Source: Octopus bimaculoides
Taxonomy: Eukaryota
DNA length: 64,000 nucleotides
Direction: 5' to 3'
Assembly (NCBI RefSeq): GCF_001194135.2
Contig: NC_068997.1
Coordinates: 38,889,903-38,953,902, forward strand
The stretch's first letter is position 1; every line of letters begins with the position of its first letter. The notes under the pieces are model-generated. The model searched no databases, was not told where the DNA came from, and saw only the letters and a list, made by a program, of their open reading frames with translations. A program made the position numbers and the translations under genes. Positions 50,089 through 63,234 of this stretch are shown here, one piece after another.

Positions 50089-51996
50089 GGGTAAATAACG
50101 ACAAATCTAACTTGCATTCGTCATCTCAACATCATTGTACTAGGGTCCTTAAATATACACTCTTAAAAAAAAGAGCTAGCAAAATATTGTGTTCTAAAAT
50201 CACAGATGCATATGCGAAAATAAAACAATAGCCTTTTTTGCTGCAGAAATGACTGTTCCACAAACAGCACCATATAACTAAATTAGATTAATAATATGGT
50301 GCCAGAAGGTACGTAATTGTAAAGAAAAATAGAAGATAAACACAAAGTAAAAATTAAAAATTGAAATTAATTTTTTCTCCACAACAATTCTAAAATAAGC
50401 AGAAGTGTGTGTAAAAGATGTAAGTGAAAGAGAATGATAATCAACAAGAGCACACAACGAAGCGTCACAAAAAGTATAATAGTGTATGTAGGTTAACAAG
50501 AACGTTAAAATGGCGGCTGAAGAAATAAAATTTTTTGCCTGCTTCTTTCATTCCTATTAAATACATATAATGTTGAAATAAATCAATAACAAAAATTAAA
50601 AAAATATATATATAAAAATAATCAAACGGAAACATATAATAGCAATAACCTAGCTTTACTTTCTCTGACACTCTACTACTGCATATGCTGTTTACTGGTT
50701 CAACTTTTATTTGTCAAATGTAGAAGAGTTATGTTGCACAACTACTTTATTCTTTTGTTAATATTGTTCAGTTCAGATAGCAAAACGCTTTAAAATTCTC
50801 AGAAGCAAAGTGTTTTTTTTTTTTTAATATTTCCATTGTTATATAATTTTGCCCAGCTATAATTGTGAGTTGTATGAGTCCTTATGGTATTTCGAGACAA
50901 CCATTTCTTCTGCGGCGAATTTTTCGACAAGAAGTAATAAATAATTCATGAAGTAGCATACCAAAATATATTTTTCTTTGACTTTGAATTATTATCACTT
51001 CAAAGAATGTTTCTTTTATCCTTAGATGCATGCACATATATACATAATCTCACGCGCAAAGTCTTACATTTATGGAGGATATAAATATCATGCATAATCT
51101 TACACAAACACTCACCAAAAACACAGAAGCATGCGCACATATACACGTTATACATGTCTATGCATTCCCAGACACACATGCATGTGTTGTTTATTTTGAA
51201 GCAGAAGAGAGTCAGTTAGAGTTTATGTTGGTCACTGTCAGTTATGTTTGCTTTGTCTTCGTCAGAGGAAAGATTTAAAGTGTACTGTAAAGATCTCTTT
51301 TGACTTTATCGTCTATAACTTATCTAACGAAAACTTTTCGAGTTCATGTTGGAACTGCCATAGGATATGCCTTGGGTAGCACCGACTTGGGTAGACTGTT
51401 ACTGAATTATTCTTGAGAAAGTTCCAAATAACTATTTAGCTTGCATACGTGCATACTGGGTGATTACACAACAACGAGTATAAATCAGCATAAAATCTAA
51501 AATCTGAAGGAAGGAGTGTGGTCGCCTTGGCTGTAGCAAAATTACTGACCTACACTCAGCGTGATACCATTCCTCTCTCTTCCCATCACTCTGGAATGAA
51601 GGCAAACATTTGAAACGTTAGATTCTTAATTTTTTACCGTTAAATTCTTCATTCTTTACGGCCACAGAACATGGATAAGTAGATGCGTTGTTATTTTCGT
51701 AACGATATAAGTCAATACGATATATATATATATATAAAAATAAATAAATAAATAAATAAATANNNNNNNNNNNNNNNNNNNNNNNNNNNNNNNNNNNNNN
51801 NNNNNNNNNNNNNNNNNNNNNNNNNNNNNNNNNNNNNNNNNNNNNNNNNNNNNNNNNNNNNNNNNNNNNNGGAGGTGGTATATAATGAATGTATCTATTT
51901 CACTAATTGACATTCATATAATAACGGTTCGCAGGCTTTAACATAGAAAAACTATTTTAGTGTATAATAAATAATAGATTATTTTACATGCCTGTA

Positions 51997-52041
<45 letters not shown>

Positions 52042-53477
52042 AATTATATAGTGCAGTTGTTTAATTTATAAATAAATACAGGTAAAAAAGCTTGCTCATG
52101 AGATAAAAGAAAATCATGTTTACTTTCATTCGTCAACACAATACGTTTATACGAACGCAGAGAGTCAACTTTCAAAATACTGATATATGGAAAACAATAC
52201 GTAATAAAACTAATAAAACAGTTTTCTATAGGAAGGAGGTGGGAGATTTAGCAAGATATTAAAAAGTAAACGGTAGATTACGGTGGTGGATGAGAAGGAT
52301 ATATGTAGTATGATATAGAGGGAAAATCATATATTTATCTATAATAACCCCTCTACTATTTTAGGTTATTCTAGATTATTGACGATAGGTATATGTGTGT
52401 CTGTGTATATATATATGAAAAAAGAATAAATATATGCACATCCATATTAATACATACACACACAAACAAAATGGAGATGATGCACTACTCAGTTGTAATA
52501 AACATTCACCCTTTGTTCAATAGCATGTTAAATAACAATAATTGTTATATCCCTTTAGACTTATAAAAACCAACGAAAACTTTTCAGGGAGATGAACATT
52601 TGCCTTTTAAGTATCTTTAAAAAACGTTACCGTTTGCAACGCTTGTCTTTGCTTAAAAATGTTCTTTATAACAAGGTACGTTATTGATAGTGAGAATTAA
52701 ACGCTTTCTTAATAATTGTTTTTCTTTCATTATTTGTTCTTTTTCTGTGATTGAATTAGAACATTTATATATTGGAAATGTTTTAAAATTAGATACATTC
52801 ATCTGATGGCTAGAAAATTTGCCTTTTGGAATATGATAAAAAAATATGTATCAACAGCGCAGATATCTATGAAAAATTGTTGAATTCTACCCGATTCATT
52901 TTTAATCTCATTAACTAGAAATCAAATTCATATCTGATGAACTAGGATGACAAAGACTATTGGAACAAATGTATTTGAACGAGATTAATACGGGAACAAA
53001 ACTTCTAAGCAGCACTTGGAAGCAAATACAATAACATTAACAGATGAGAGAGGAGTGTACAAAAAGGAGCAGAAGGATTACTTTCGCCAGATATATTAAA
53101 ACATCGGAAGTAAGACTGGAAATGCAGAACTTATAACACTGCAATGATGGACGAAGAGTGAAAATTGGTTTTAAGTTATGAAGAGAAATTCAAAAGAATA
53201 TACAAATTAGGTAAATCACACATAAAGGAAATTATCAAATCAAAACCATATGCAGAAGCAATAAGAAAACTAGGCGTAATTTCAGAAGACTTAAAGACCC
53301 AAACACGAATAGAAAAGACATTGAAAAATTACTACAGACAATAAATTTCCCCATTAAATTAAATTTGTAAACTTCAGGGAATAATTAAGTAACAGAAATC
53401 CTTTTCGATTCCGAATAAATATAATTAAGGGATAGGACATTCATAGTGAAATTATACATAGAAATAACTATAATATA

Positions 53478-53525
53478 CGCACAGGCGTGGTTGTGTGGTA
53501 AGAAGCTTGCTTCCCAACTACATGT
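53478..53525 (+). mobile_element. SINE family A head, truncated at the R4-type LINE (TATG)n tail
   Basis: gcacaggcgtggttgtgtggtaagaagcttgcttcccaactacatg followed directly by (tatg)n. Confidence 0.7.
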
Positions 53526-53609
53526 ATGTATGTATGTATGTATGTATGTATGTAGGTAGGTAGGTAGGTAGGTAGGTATATATGTATGTATGCATGTATG
53601 TATGTATGT

Positions 53610-56100
53610 CTCTTCTATTTTTTAATTATTGTAAATCTTCCACGGAAGAGGGGAACCGGTTTCCAACAAAGATACAAGGCTCCATCCAGACAAATTCACA
53701 TTTGGAACTTGAGAAAAGTTTAGCATATTTTTACTGTCCCACTCACAGATTGCACTTGTAGTGTACGAATCAGCCGGTCGATTTCTCTTTCTGAAAATCC
53801 CAGTTTATCCAGATTCTCCTTTAAGCATTTACTAACAAAACCTAGTGCTCCAATTATTATTAGTATGAATATGAATTCATACTCGGGATATAGAAGCTGG
53901 AGGTTTCGAAGCAGTTGTCCATAGATGTCCTCTTTTTCTTTGATTTTCAAAGAGATATTTACATCTGGAGGGCAGCTGACCTCTATAACGATACATACCT
54001 TTGCCTCTTTGTTCCAAACAACAATATCCGGCCTGTTTACATTTGACAGAAGTTTTGATGGGACTATTCCATCAGTATTCCTTGAGTTGGTGTGTTCCAT
54101 AACAGAAGGATTTTCTAAGTTTATTTCAGGACAGTGTTTTTTTGCAGATGACATTGTAAATTGTTTTAACGATAACATCGTGCCGCATAGGGAGGTAATA
54201 CTGTGACAACATTTTAGGACAGATGCTAATCACGTGCGTTATGTCTTCCACAGAAACATGACATAGCCTACGCATGCGGCTGCACCTTGGGATTACAAGA
54301 GCGTCACTGTCTCTCTTGTTCACGAGGTACTTTGTGGCAATCTCCTGTTCCTGGATTACAAACACATAGCCTTCAAAATGTGATGTGATGTAGTGGTGTT
54401 GTGTCCAAGAGAGGCTGCGCTTCGTGTCAATTCTACTGTCTTCTTCAAGCTTCCGGGCAACATACCCATGCATAGTCTTTTTTTTTGTATGCTGAGTGCT
54501 TTCCATCCAGGTCTTCTTTGTGGTAAGAGAGCCCAGCTGTTTTGGGGCTGTACAGAAGATCATCTGGAAGAGAGTGCTTCTTGAGGAGCTCACTGCCAAC
54601 TTGTATAATGTTGCTGACTTCCATTTTCAGCACTGCATTTATATATTTATTTTTGCTACTGTTGTTCAGCAGGTGCTACCTGAGTGATACCATACGGTAT
54701 TCGAAGACCGTCTGCACTGATCTCAAGCCTCCATCACCTTTATTTCTTCTTAGTTAGAGCCTGTCAACATCACTGTTTCTGTTGAAGTTCCCAGTTGTTG
54801 TCAGGATTTTGCAGGTTTTGATATCTATGGAGTGGATTTCCGGTACAGACCAATCAAGTATCCTAAATGTTGGGATCAGCACTGGTACTGCAAATGCATT
54901 GTGAGATATTGTTTTGTTGTAAGAGGAGAGTTCTGACTGCCATATTTTCCTAAGTCTGATGTAATATTCTCGGGTCACTCTATTGTTATTCACAGTGCCT
55001 TCATATGATACATTTTTGTTTATGCCTAAGTACTTGTGACATTCTTTGTGTGGAATGGGGGAGATAGAGAGACCGTTGATGCACAGGTTTGGGGTTTGGA
55101 GGACTGGTTTACCTCGTTCTATAACCAAATATCTTTTGGCCAAATTCCATGCCTATATCAGCTGAAAATGTTATTAATTCCAGTTGTTTGTTTTGCATTG
55201 TTAACACTTTTAGTATAAATCTTGAGCTCGTCTACAAAGAAATTATGAGTTACATTGATATTTCTTGCAGTTGAAAATCCTAGCATATAACCATTTTTTT
55301 TCTGCTGTAGGAACGATGGATTCTGTGTCAAAATGAAAAGAAGTACAGAAAGATTATCTCCCTGGAATATTCTTTCTGAAATGTTTATACTGTCTGAAAC
55401 AATTATTCTGTTCTCATTTGGAAGGGCGAAAATTGTTGTCCATGTCTTTGTGAGTCTCTCTATAGCAGCAATTAGGGTGGTAGGTACTTTTGCCAGATGT
55501 AGGCACTTCAACAACCATGAATGAGGGATAGAGTCGAATGCATTCTTATAGTCAAGCCATACTGTCACAAGGTTTCTACACTATTTTCTTACTTCAGACA
55601 GTACAGCTTTGTTTATTAAAAGTTCTTCGGCACATCCCCACACTCTCTTCTTTACACCGACCTGTCCATCAGTCGCAATGTTGTTCGACTCACAATGGTC
55701 CTGGAGGAATTGATTGAGGCAACTTACGTACATTTTGTACATAATATTTAGGAAAGCAATGGACCTGTAGTTTCCTGCCATCTCAGTGATTTCATTTTTG
55801 GCAACAAGATTTGTCCTTGCTGTAACAAGCCAATTTGGTATATCAGTCTGACCTCCCATAGTCCTTTTGAACATACATATCAACTGGTTTCTATAGAATA
55901 TCAGCTTCTTGTACCAATATTCAACTATTAGGTCCCTTTCAGGTGCCTTCCCATTCTGCAGTTTGCCTACTGCTATAGCGACGGTTTCTGCATCAATTTT
56001 GCATGTTTTACTGTAAGTGCTGGTACAGTATTCTCTCTCAGTTGTATTTAACCATGATACATTCAGTTTGAAATCCCTCTTTTCGTCTGTAGACGGAGAC
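53610..56100 (-). mobile_element. R4/Dong-type LINE, 5'-truncated (~2.5 kb), with RT, CCHC and RLE; frameshifted
   Basis: YRSIAFLNIMYK, VWLDYKNAFDSIPHSWL, IFQGDNLS, HKYLGI, CSRMRRLCHVSVEDITHVISIC..RHD and NRPDIVVWNKEAKVCIVIEVSCP..IIIGALG. The 3' UTR ends at (ATAC)n (53525-53609). Confidence 0.9.
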
Positions 56101-56109
56101 AACTATATA

Positions 56110-57943
56110 ACAAATATAAGACCAACTTCATGACAAAGAACAGTAGATTACCCAGATTCTACCACCTCATTAAAACACAGGGAACCCCATCGTCTCCAGC
56201 ATGGAAGGACCTCTATATAAAATACCCTTGCCCTTTCCCACATCTGAAACCCGTACTCTCCATCTTTCCTGGACACGTCAAGAACTCCGACGAAGTCATC
56301 AAAAGACTGCGGCAACTGCACCCAGACCAATTCAGACAAAACAGATATACCTTTAGTCTTGATGTTGTCTCAATGTACACACCACTTCCAGCACACTCAG
56401 CAGTCAACCTATTGACTGACTGCATAGTAGCGTCCGACATCCACTACTTCGGATTCACCGCAGCTGATATACATCAACTATTGTCCATCATCGTGGGCAA
56501 CACCTACTTCTCTTTCCATGATAAGACTTATAAGCAGACAACAGGTCTCCCCATGGGATCTAGTCTCTCGGCCCTACTGGCCATTACCTATATGAATCAT
56601 CTGGAACGTCGAACACTCAAAAACTGCCACTCATGCGCCTTCTTTACCAGGTACATAGATGACATCCTCATACTCACATTCTCCTGTGAAGAGGCCGACA
56701 TGGACATGAATATACAGTTCACTATAGAACATCCCGACAATACTAGATCCCTATCGCTGCTCGACTTCCAACTGAAACTAACGGAAGAAGGAGAGATCCA
56801 CACCGAGTTCTCCAGGAAAGCAGCCAGCAGAGATATGTTTGTCCAGTACAATTCAGCACTTCCACTCGGTGCCAAAATAGGATACGCCAGAAATGAACTT
56901 TCACGCATCCAGAGCAAGTGCAGCAGGACAGAGGACAAGATGACCCACACCACACGCTTGCTAGATGTATTGAAAACCAACGGGTACCTTATATCCATTG
57001 TGAATCGGCTTAAAGTACCCGAGACGAGAAACACGCCAAACACACAAAAAACCCAGGAACACATGCTTCCTTAAAATACCCAATTTTAGCGAGAGGATAA
57101 CTACAGCCACCCGAAGAGCCATAAGAAGAGAAGGACTAAACATACAACTAGCCCACTCTGGCCACTCTCTTAGAAGACACCTACCAAAGAAATGAGCAAA
57201 AAACAGCAGTCAAGGTACACTAGCTAATTGCTCCATCCGTAACACAGATTTATGCCAACGGGTAAATATTGCATTTCGAATCCAAGGTAACAAATGCAAA
57301 ACTTTCTATCAGAGTAGCACAGCAAGACCATTACACATTCGCATTAAAGAACATCTAAACACGCGAGCCTCCTCCTTCAAAAAACACTTAGATAGATGCC
57401 GGAACACCGACAAAAACATAACAGTCACAAATGAGGCCAATGGCAGAAATTAAGGAGGCTATCCTCATAGACAGACTAGGGACCCAAATTAACAATTGGT
57501 TGGAAATTAATCACTATATAATTTAACAACATCGACACCCTGTACGCACTATGGTAACATGCTTGTGTAACAAAACATTATATTAAAAAAATGCACGTAT
57601 AATACATAACTTGGAATCAGCGCTGCAGATATGCCAACACACATGACCGCCCCCACGCACTTCTCATGAGAAATTCCGGAAGGGGCTTCGTGAGACCACT
57701 GCAGCGACGCTTCCGGCAGATTTCAGTAACCGTTGGAAAACCGACTATAACAGTGACTCCATTACTTCCTAGAAATATCTGAAGAAGGAATTTTTATATT
57801 CTGAAATATTATATTAGACTATGAATAATAAAACTAATCGTAGCAATTATTATAGTCCACTCTGCATTGTTGTGCCATTCCAGACACATTACATTTCACA
57901 AACAATACACAATGCTTCCAGCGAACTACAATACCCTCTTATA
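56110..57943 (+). mobile_element. 5'-truncated Penelope-like element (RT + Cys-containing linker + GIY-YIG + 3' UTR with hammerhead)
   Basis: ORF 56130-57074 has RLPRFYHLIKT, FSLDVVSMYT, QTTGLPMGSSLS, RYIDDIL and LSLLDF. After a frameshift near 57060 it continues FLKIPNFS..NCSIRNTDLCQR..RPLHIRIKEHL..KEAILI. Confidence 0.9.
57774..57815 (+). ncRNA. Minimal type I hammerhead ribozyme motif
   Basis: aatat-CTGAAGA-a-ggaat-ttttat-attct-GAAA-T-ATT-atatt. Stem I is aatat/atatt, covarying with 38818-38856; the triplet is AUU. Confidence 0.75.
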
Positions 57944-58018
57944 TAATCAAGGATAAAATCTATATAGGATTCAATCAAGTAGCTAGCATGTAAAAATCAA
58001 TGTAGGTAAAATTTAGTA

Positions 58019-58283
58019 CAAAGTATTTAATTTTATAAATATAATTATAAAATTATAAGGGAAACTATCGAATAATGCCATATGCTAGGAGAAGACGCCA
58101 AATGGCGATCTAGGGCTAAACTTCTTCTTCTTCTTCTTCTTCAAAAAAATTTTTGTTCATTCCCTTGCTGATAAATAAAGTAGTTTTAGAACCATTTGGC
58201 GTCTTCTTCAAGCATGTGGCATTACTCGGTAGTTAAACCCTTATTATAATTTTATAATTATATTTATTGAATTAAATACTTTG
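58019..58283. mobile_element. TA-flanked MITE with ~87-bp TIRs (Tc1/mariner-type)
   Basis: 58019-58105 and 58192-58283 are inverted repeats, about 85% identical by eye (..ataatgccatatgctaggagaagacgccaaatgg / ccatttggcgtcttcttcaagcatgtggcatta..). TA lies at 58017-58018 and 58284-58285. Confidence 0.85.
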
Positions 58284-58994
58284 TATGTATATATATACTT
58301 TGTATATATATACAGATACATGCATAAATACACACGCACGCGAGCATGGGTGCGTGCGTGCACACACACTCACACACACACACACACACTCATACACACA
58401 CACACTCACACACACACACACTCACACACACACACACACTCACACACACACACACACATTGAATTTTTACAAGAATTAGGGTGATGTTGGTCTGCTAGCC
58501 TTCATTAGACTGTCTAATAGTCTGACAAAAGCTAGCAGGCCAAAACGTCATACTACCTGTTGCCCATCTTGTAAACGTTTAACAATCCTGTACTCTTCTG
58601 AAAAGTATCGAGTAAGTCTTCTGTTTAGTGTTATATTGTTTGTATATATAACTTTACATAAAAACAAACATATATATATTTGTATTTGTGTCTATACATA
58701 CAAATATGTGTGTGTGTGTGTGTGTGCGCGACTAGCGGTACTTCTTCTGGTTTTCAGGTCTCTGTTTTCAAATCTAGAAGTGGTCAACTTTATCTCTCAA
58801 CCTTCGGGGAGCGATGAATAATTTAACAGTCAAGCCCCTCTTGGTGACGCCTGCATAATGCTGCAAGAATGGTTGTGAGGTACCACTCACAAAGTCCCTT
58901 TTCTCCAGCAACCTCTTTCTATTGCAAAAAGCTGATATGTTGCTGAAATTACTCAAGGACGGCTCCATGTATAATTCAAAACGGGAAAGAAATC

Positions 58995-59073
<79 letters not shown>

Positions 59074-59083
59074 GCATATATGG

Positions 59084-59735
59084 TTCAGGCGTGGATGTGT
59101 GATAAGAAGTCTGCTTCCCAACCACATGGTCCCGGGTTCAGTCCCACTGCGTGTCACATTGGGCAAGTGTCATCTACTGTAACCTCAGGCTAGTCAAAGC
59201 CTTGTGAATGGGTTTGGTAGGCGGAAACTGAAAGAAACCCGTCGTATATATGTATATATATATATATGTGTGTGTGTTGGTGTGTTTGCATCCCTGTAAC
59301 TTTGCTTATAAACCCATTAGAGGTAGAATCAATAAAAGAAGTATTCCATCCAGTGAGAGATAAATATTAATTTTATAATACACAACCGAAAGAGCTACTA
59401 AAAGCTTCATGCTTTTATGATTCTTGAATAGGTATATTTATAAAATACGCCCTGTATATCCGAGTTATCAAAAAAGCATGAAACTATTAGTAACTCTTTC
59501 GGCTGTGTAACAAATTGATATGTGTGTCTTTGTGTCTGTGTTTGTCCCCCACCCCCGTTCACAACCGGTGTCTGTGTGTTTACGTCCTCGTAACATAGTG
59601 GTTCGGCAAAAGAGTCCAATATTAAGTACCAGGCTTTAAAAAATTAGTACTGGGGTCGGTTCGCTCGACTAAAATTCTTCAAGACGGTGCCCCAGCATGG
59701 CCACAGTCTAATGACTGAAACGAGTAAAAGATAAA
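59084..59735 (+). mobile_element. SINE family A pieces: 5' part (59084-59300) and a separate 3' half (59520-59735)
   Basis: Homology to 23456-23902 and 60770-61198. Confidence 0.8.
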
Positions 59736-60430
59736 CGATATATATACGTATGTATGTAATTTTCATTACAAGTACTCTTATAGGACGACTGTTGTTATAT
59801 TCTGGAGGAATTCTCCAGAGTCTAGTCCTGTAAGAGTCATCATAAAAGAAAAGCATACTATGATCTTGACGTATTGAATACCTTACTTTACCTGCGATTC
59901 TCTCTTTTCTAACGGAATCTTCAATTGACATTCAAAAGACACTAATTATATTCACATTACTGAATTGATCTAAAACTGTGTTGCAGCTGAAACAATTGCA
60001 TTATAGAAGAGTAATGTTAGCAATTTTCGAATACATAAAATCCGATGCATTCGTATTTCAATAATTTCCAAATAGTAAAGTTGGTTTTGTAGTGTCAAAA
60101 AGTCGTCACAGATAGATACAAGTTGTATTGCATTTACTGAAAATCAGTTACTGGTGAGATTTGTCAGACTGTTATGTTGCTCTTTCCTTCCGTTGAGACT
60201 TAATTGTTTTTCCGTTGATTTTATTAATTATATTCCTCTTGAAGCCTGTCAGCCAACCATATCAACTAATTTCTTTATGGGCAATCGTCTCTTCTTGAAT
60301 GTGATATTCCTTTTCAAGTCTGGATCAGTGAATCTCTTGTAACTATTGTTTTTTTAGAATCATTTTCCGCTATATCATCATCCTCCCCCATTTTAATTTC
60401 CTATCTGTAATATTTATTAATTATTATCAT

Positions 60431-60432
<2 letters not shown>

Positions 60433-60490
<58 letters not shown>

Positions 60491-60503
60491 TATTATTATT
60501 ATT
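60433..60503. repeat. (AAT)n directly followed by (TAT)n
   Basis: Direct reading of the sequence. Confidence 0.95.
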
Positions 60504-60769
60504 CTCTCAAAATGTATGTGTGCACGTGTGTGCGTGGTGTGAACAATCGGAGGCGTTGTTCGCGATGCAAGTCATAAATGATTTAGTAAGTCGATGTATT
60601 TAACCGTATTCTCAACCCCCACAAAATCCAGAACCCCCCACCCCAGAAAAAAATAATAAACACCCCGCCCCGAAAAAAAAAAACAAACCGAAAAAGAAAG
60701 CTATCATATAATTAGGTATCTAGTAATATATCTTACGACCTGGTCACTAAGATTTTGAAATTTTAACCA

Positions 60770-61198
60770 TAGGCGCAGGCATGGCTATGTGGTAAGAAGC
60801 TTGCTTCTCAACCACATGGTTCCAGGTTCAGTCGCACTGCGTGGCACCTTTGGTAAGTGTTTTTTACTATAGCCTCAGGGCGACCAAATCTTTGTGAGTG
60901 GATTTGGTAGACGGAAACTGAAAGAAGCCCGTCGTATACACACATACACACGCACACACATATATACGTATGTATGTGTGTCTATGTGTCTGTATTTGTC
61001 CCTCATCAGCACTTGACAACTAGTGTTAGTGTGTTTACCTCTCTCCCCATAACATTAGCGGTTCGGCAAGAGAATCGGTAGAATAAGTACTAGACTTCAA
61101 AAATAAGTCCTAGGGTCAATTTGTTCGACTAAAATCCTTCACGGTGGTACCCCAGCATTGCCGCAGTCAAATGACTGAAACAAGTAAAATATAAAAGA
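60770..61198 (+). mobile_element. Full-length SINE family A
   Basis: A box TGGCTATGTGG, B box GGTTCAGTCGC, internal (CA/TA/TG)n and 3' end actgaaacaagtaaaatataaaaga. Confidence 0.9.
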
Positions 61199-63203
61199 TT
61201 TATAATTTGTTCATCTTCGTGCATTTTAATTTACAAACACCGAACAGAGGTGAGAGAATTTTCAATATTGCGTGTTTATTACTATGCTGCTTGCTCAAAG
61301 TAGCTTATGAACTGTTTGTAGAACAAATGAAATACCATTGGAGATGAAATAGTATTGTAGAACAATACAAAAATCAATTATTGTGTTTTTAATTTAAGCA
61401 AGGAAAAGATTGAGGTTCGGTAGTATAATTAGTAACATGGTCACGCGGGAAGCTGTATATATCCTTGGTTTAAGATCCGCTACAGAGGTTGCTGCTTGTT
61501 ATCTGCCTTAAGTTTGTGTTTGTAATGTCTTATATAACTCACATTAAAAACATATCGGTTAACTTATTCTTTAATTTACGAATAGATTAGCATTTTTTCA
61601 GTAAATTCTACTTTTACTAAAAAAAATATAAAAAAGCTATAAAACAACATTACAATGAATTTGGGTATTAGTGACCCCTGTCATGACCGGATAATATCAT
61701 TTAAATTTGTTCTTAGAATATGTACTGAAGCTTGAAGATAGAACATAGTCTTTAGAAAGGTGATCACCTTGTCTTTCTAGCGAAAGATAAATTGCTATTT
61801 CGTGCATGAGCGAGTTCATTTGATTAATGAATTATACTAAACTGGTGAGGCAAATAAGCTGAATACCTCAAACACATGTACAACTTAAAAACAAAAACAA
61901 ACTTACGTATATCTCAAAATAGGGAGGGAGCTTCTGTTTGGTCACTGGACTTGCTAGAAGTAGCAGTCAAATCTCATTCAGATCTAAAAGAAAGAAACGA
62001 ACATACGGGATAACTCTCTTTTTTCTTCGACCATAGTCGAATAAAAAAGAGAGTTACCGCGACTGAAATGACTGTACATGTAGGCCTGATCCATGAAGCG
62101 TTTGAGGCTGACCCAAAGTTAAACAACAGCAGCAGCTAAAGATCTAAAGATAGGGATGAAGAAGAAAGAGAAGAGATATTAATTACATGATAATTTTTAG
62201 TTTTGTTTCACCATGGATAAGTTCGAAACCCTGCCGGGATTGACATTGCTTTTCTTATCCTTGAGACCGAGAAAACATGCTTTATTTAGATGCGCCAATT
62301 CGATCTACTGTGTCTCACCTTCATAAATCTGGGAACATTTCTCAAAGGGAAATATCAATGTTTCATTAATATTTTATGATTTCATCATTTTCATTAAGTC
62401 AGAGTCTTGCAACAAAGGACAAAAACATGTCTAAGAGATTGAACTCTTGAACTCACACGATAACTAAGGAATTAATTAATCTATGTAAACGCAAATTGTT
62501 GCAAACATCTAGGGTTAATATAAGGGCGATAACAATTACGATATTCTTATAAGATACCTCGTCTGATTTTTATTTTGAAATGCTTTATAATCTCGCGTAA
62601 GCTCACTTATTCTCAGCAAAAATTGAGACGAGTACCAATATTCCCAAGTGGTTCGCTTGAAGAATTGTGGAGATCTCCTTCACATGAAATCATTGGTTGC
62701 CTTGATAATCCACAAATAAAGAATGTCTGTCTTCCATTACAGTGTTGAGCACTTATTCTCAGTGTTCGATACTAGCGTGTATATATATATATATATATAT
62801 ATATATNNNNNNNNNNNNNNNNNNNNNNNNNNNNNNNNNNNNNNNNNNNNNNNNNNNNNNNNNNNNNNNNNNNNNNNNNNNNNNNNNNNNNNNNNNNNNN
62901 NNNNNNNNNNNNNNNNNNNNNNNNNNNNNNNNNNNNNNNNNNNNNNNNNNNNNNNNNNNNNNNNNNNNNNNNNNNNNNNNNNNNNNNNNNNNNNNNNNNN
63001 NNNNNNNNNNNNNNNNNNNNNNNNNNNNNNNNNNNNNNNNNNNNNNNNNNNNNNNNNNNNNNNNNNNNNNNNNNNNNNNNNNNNNNNNNNNNNNNNNNNN
63101 NNNNNNNNNNNNNNNNNNNNNNNNNNNNNNNNNNNNNNNNNNNNNNNNNNNNNNNNNNNNNNNNNNNNNNNNNNNNNNNNNNNNNNNNNNNNNNNNNNNN
63201 NNN

Positions 63204-63234
<31 letters not shown>

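Noticed and set aside
52925-52975. CTGATGA as a hammerhead core
   Set aside because: No convincing stem II followed by GAAA, and no stem I.
52980-53345. Purine-rich stretch resembling an old LINE ORF2
   Set aside because: No diagnostic motif could be recovered by eye, so it was left unannotated.
57665-57726. SECIS element in the PLE 3' UTR (ATGA followed by a hairpin), given the in-frame TGA near 57192
   Set aside because: There is no GA on the 3' side of the quartet and no apical AA, and the TGA is not at a conserved Cys position. It is more likely a decay mutation.
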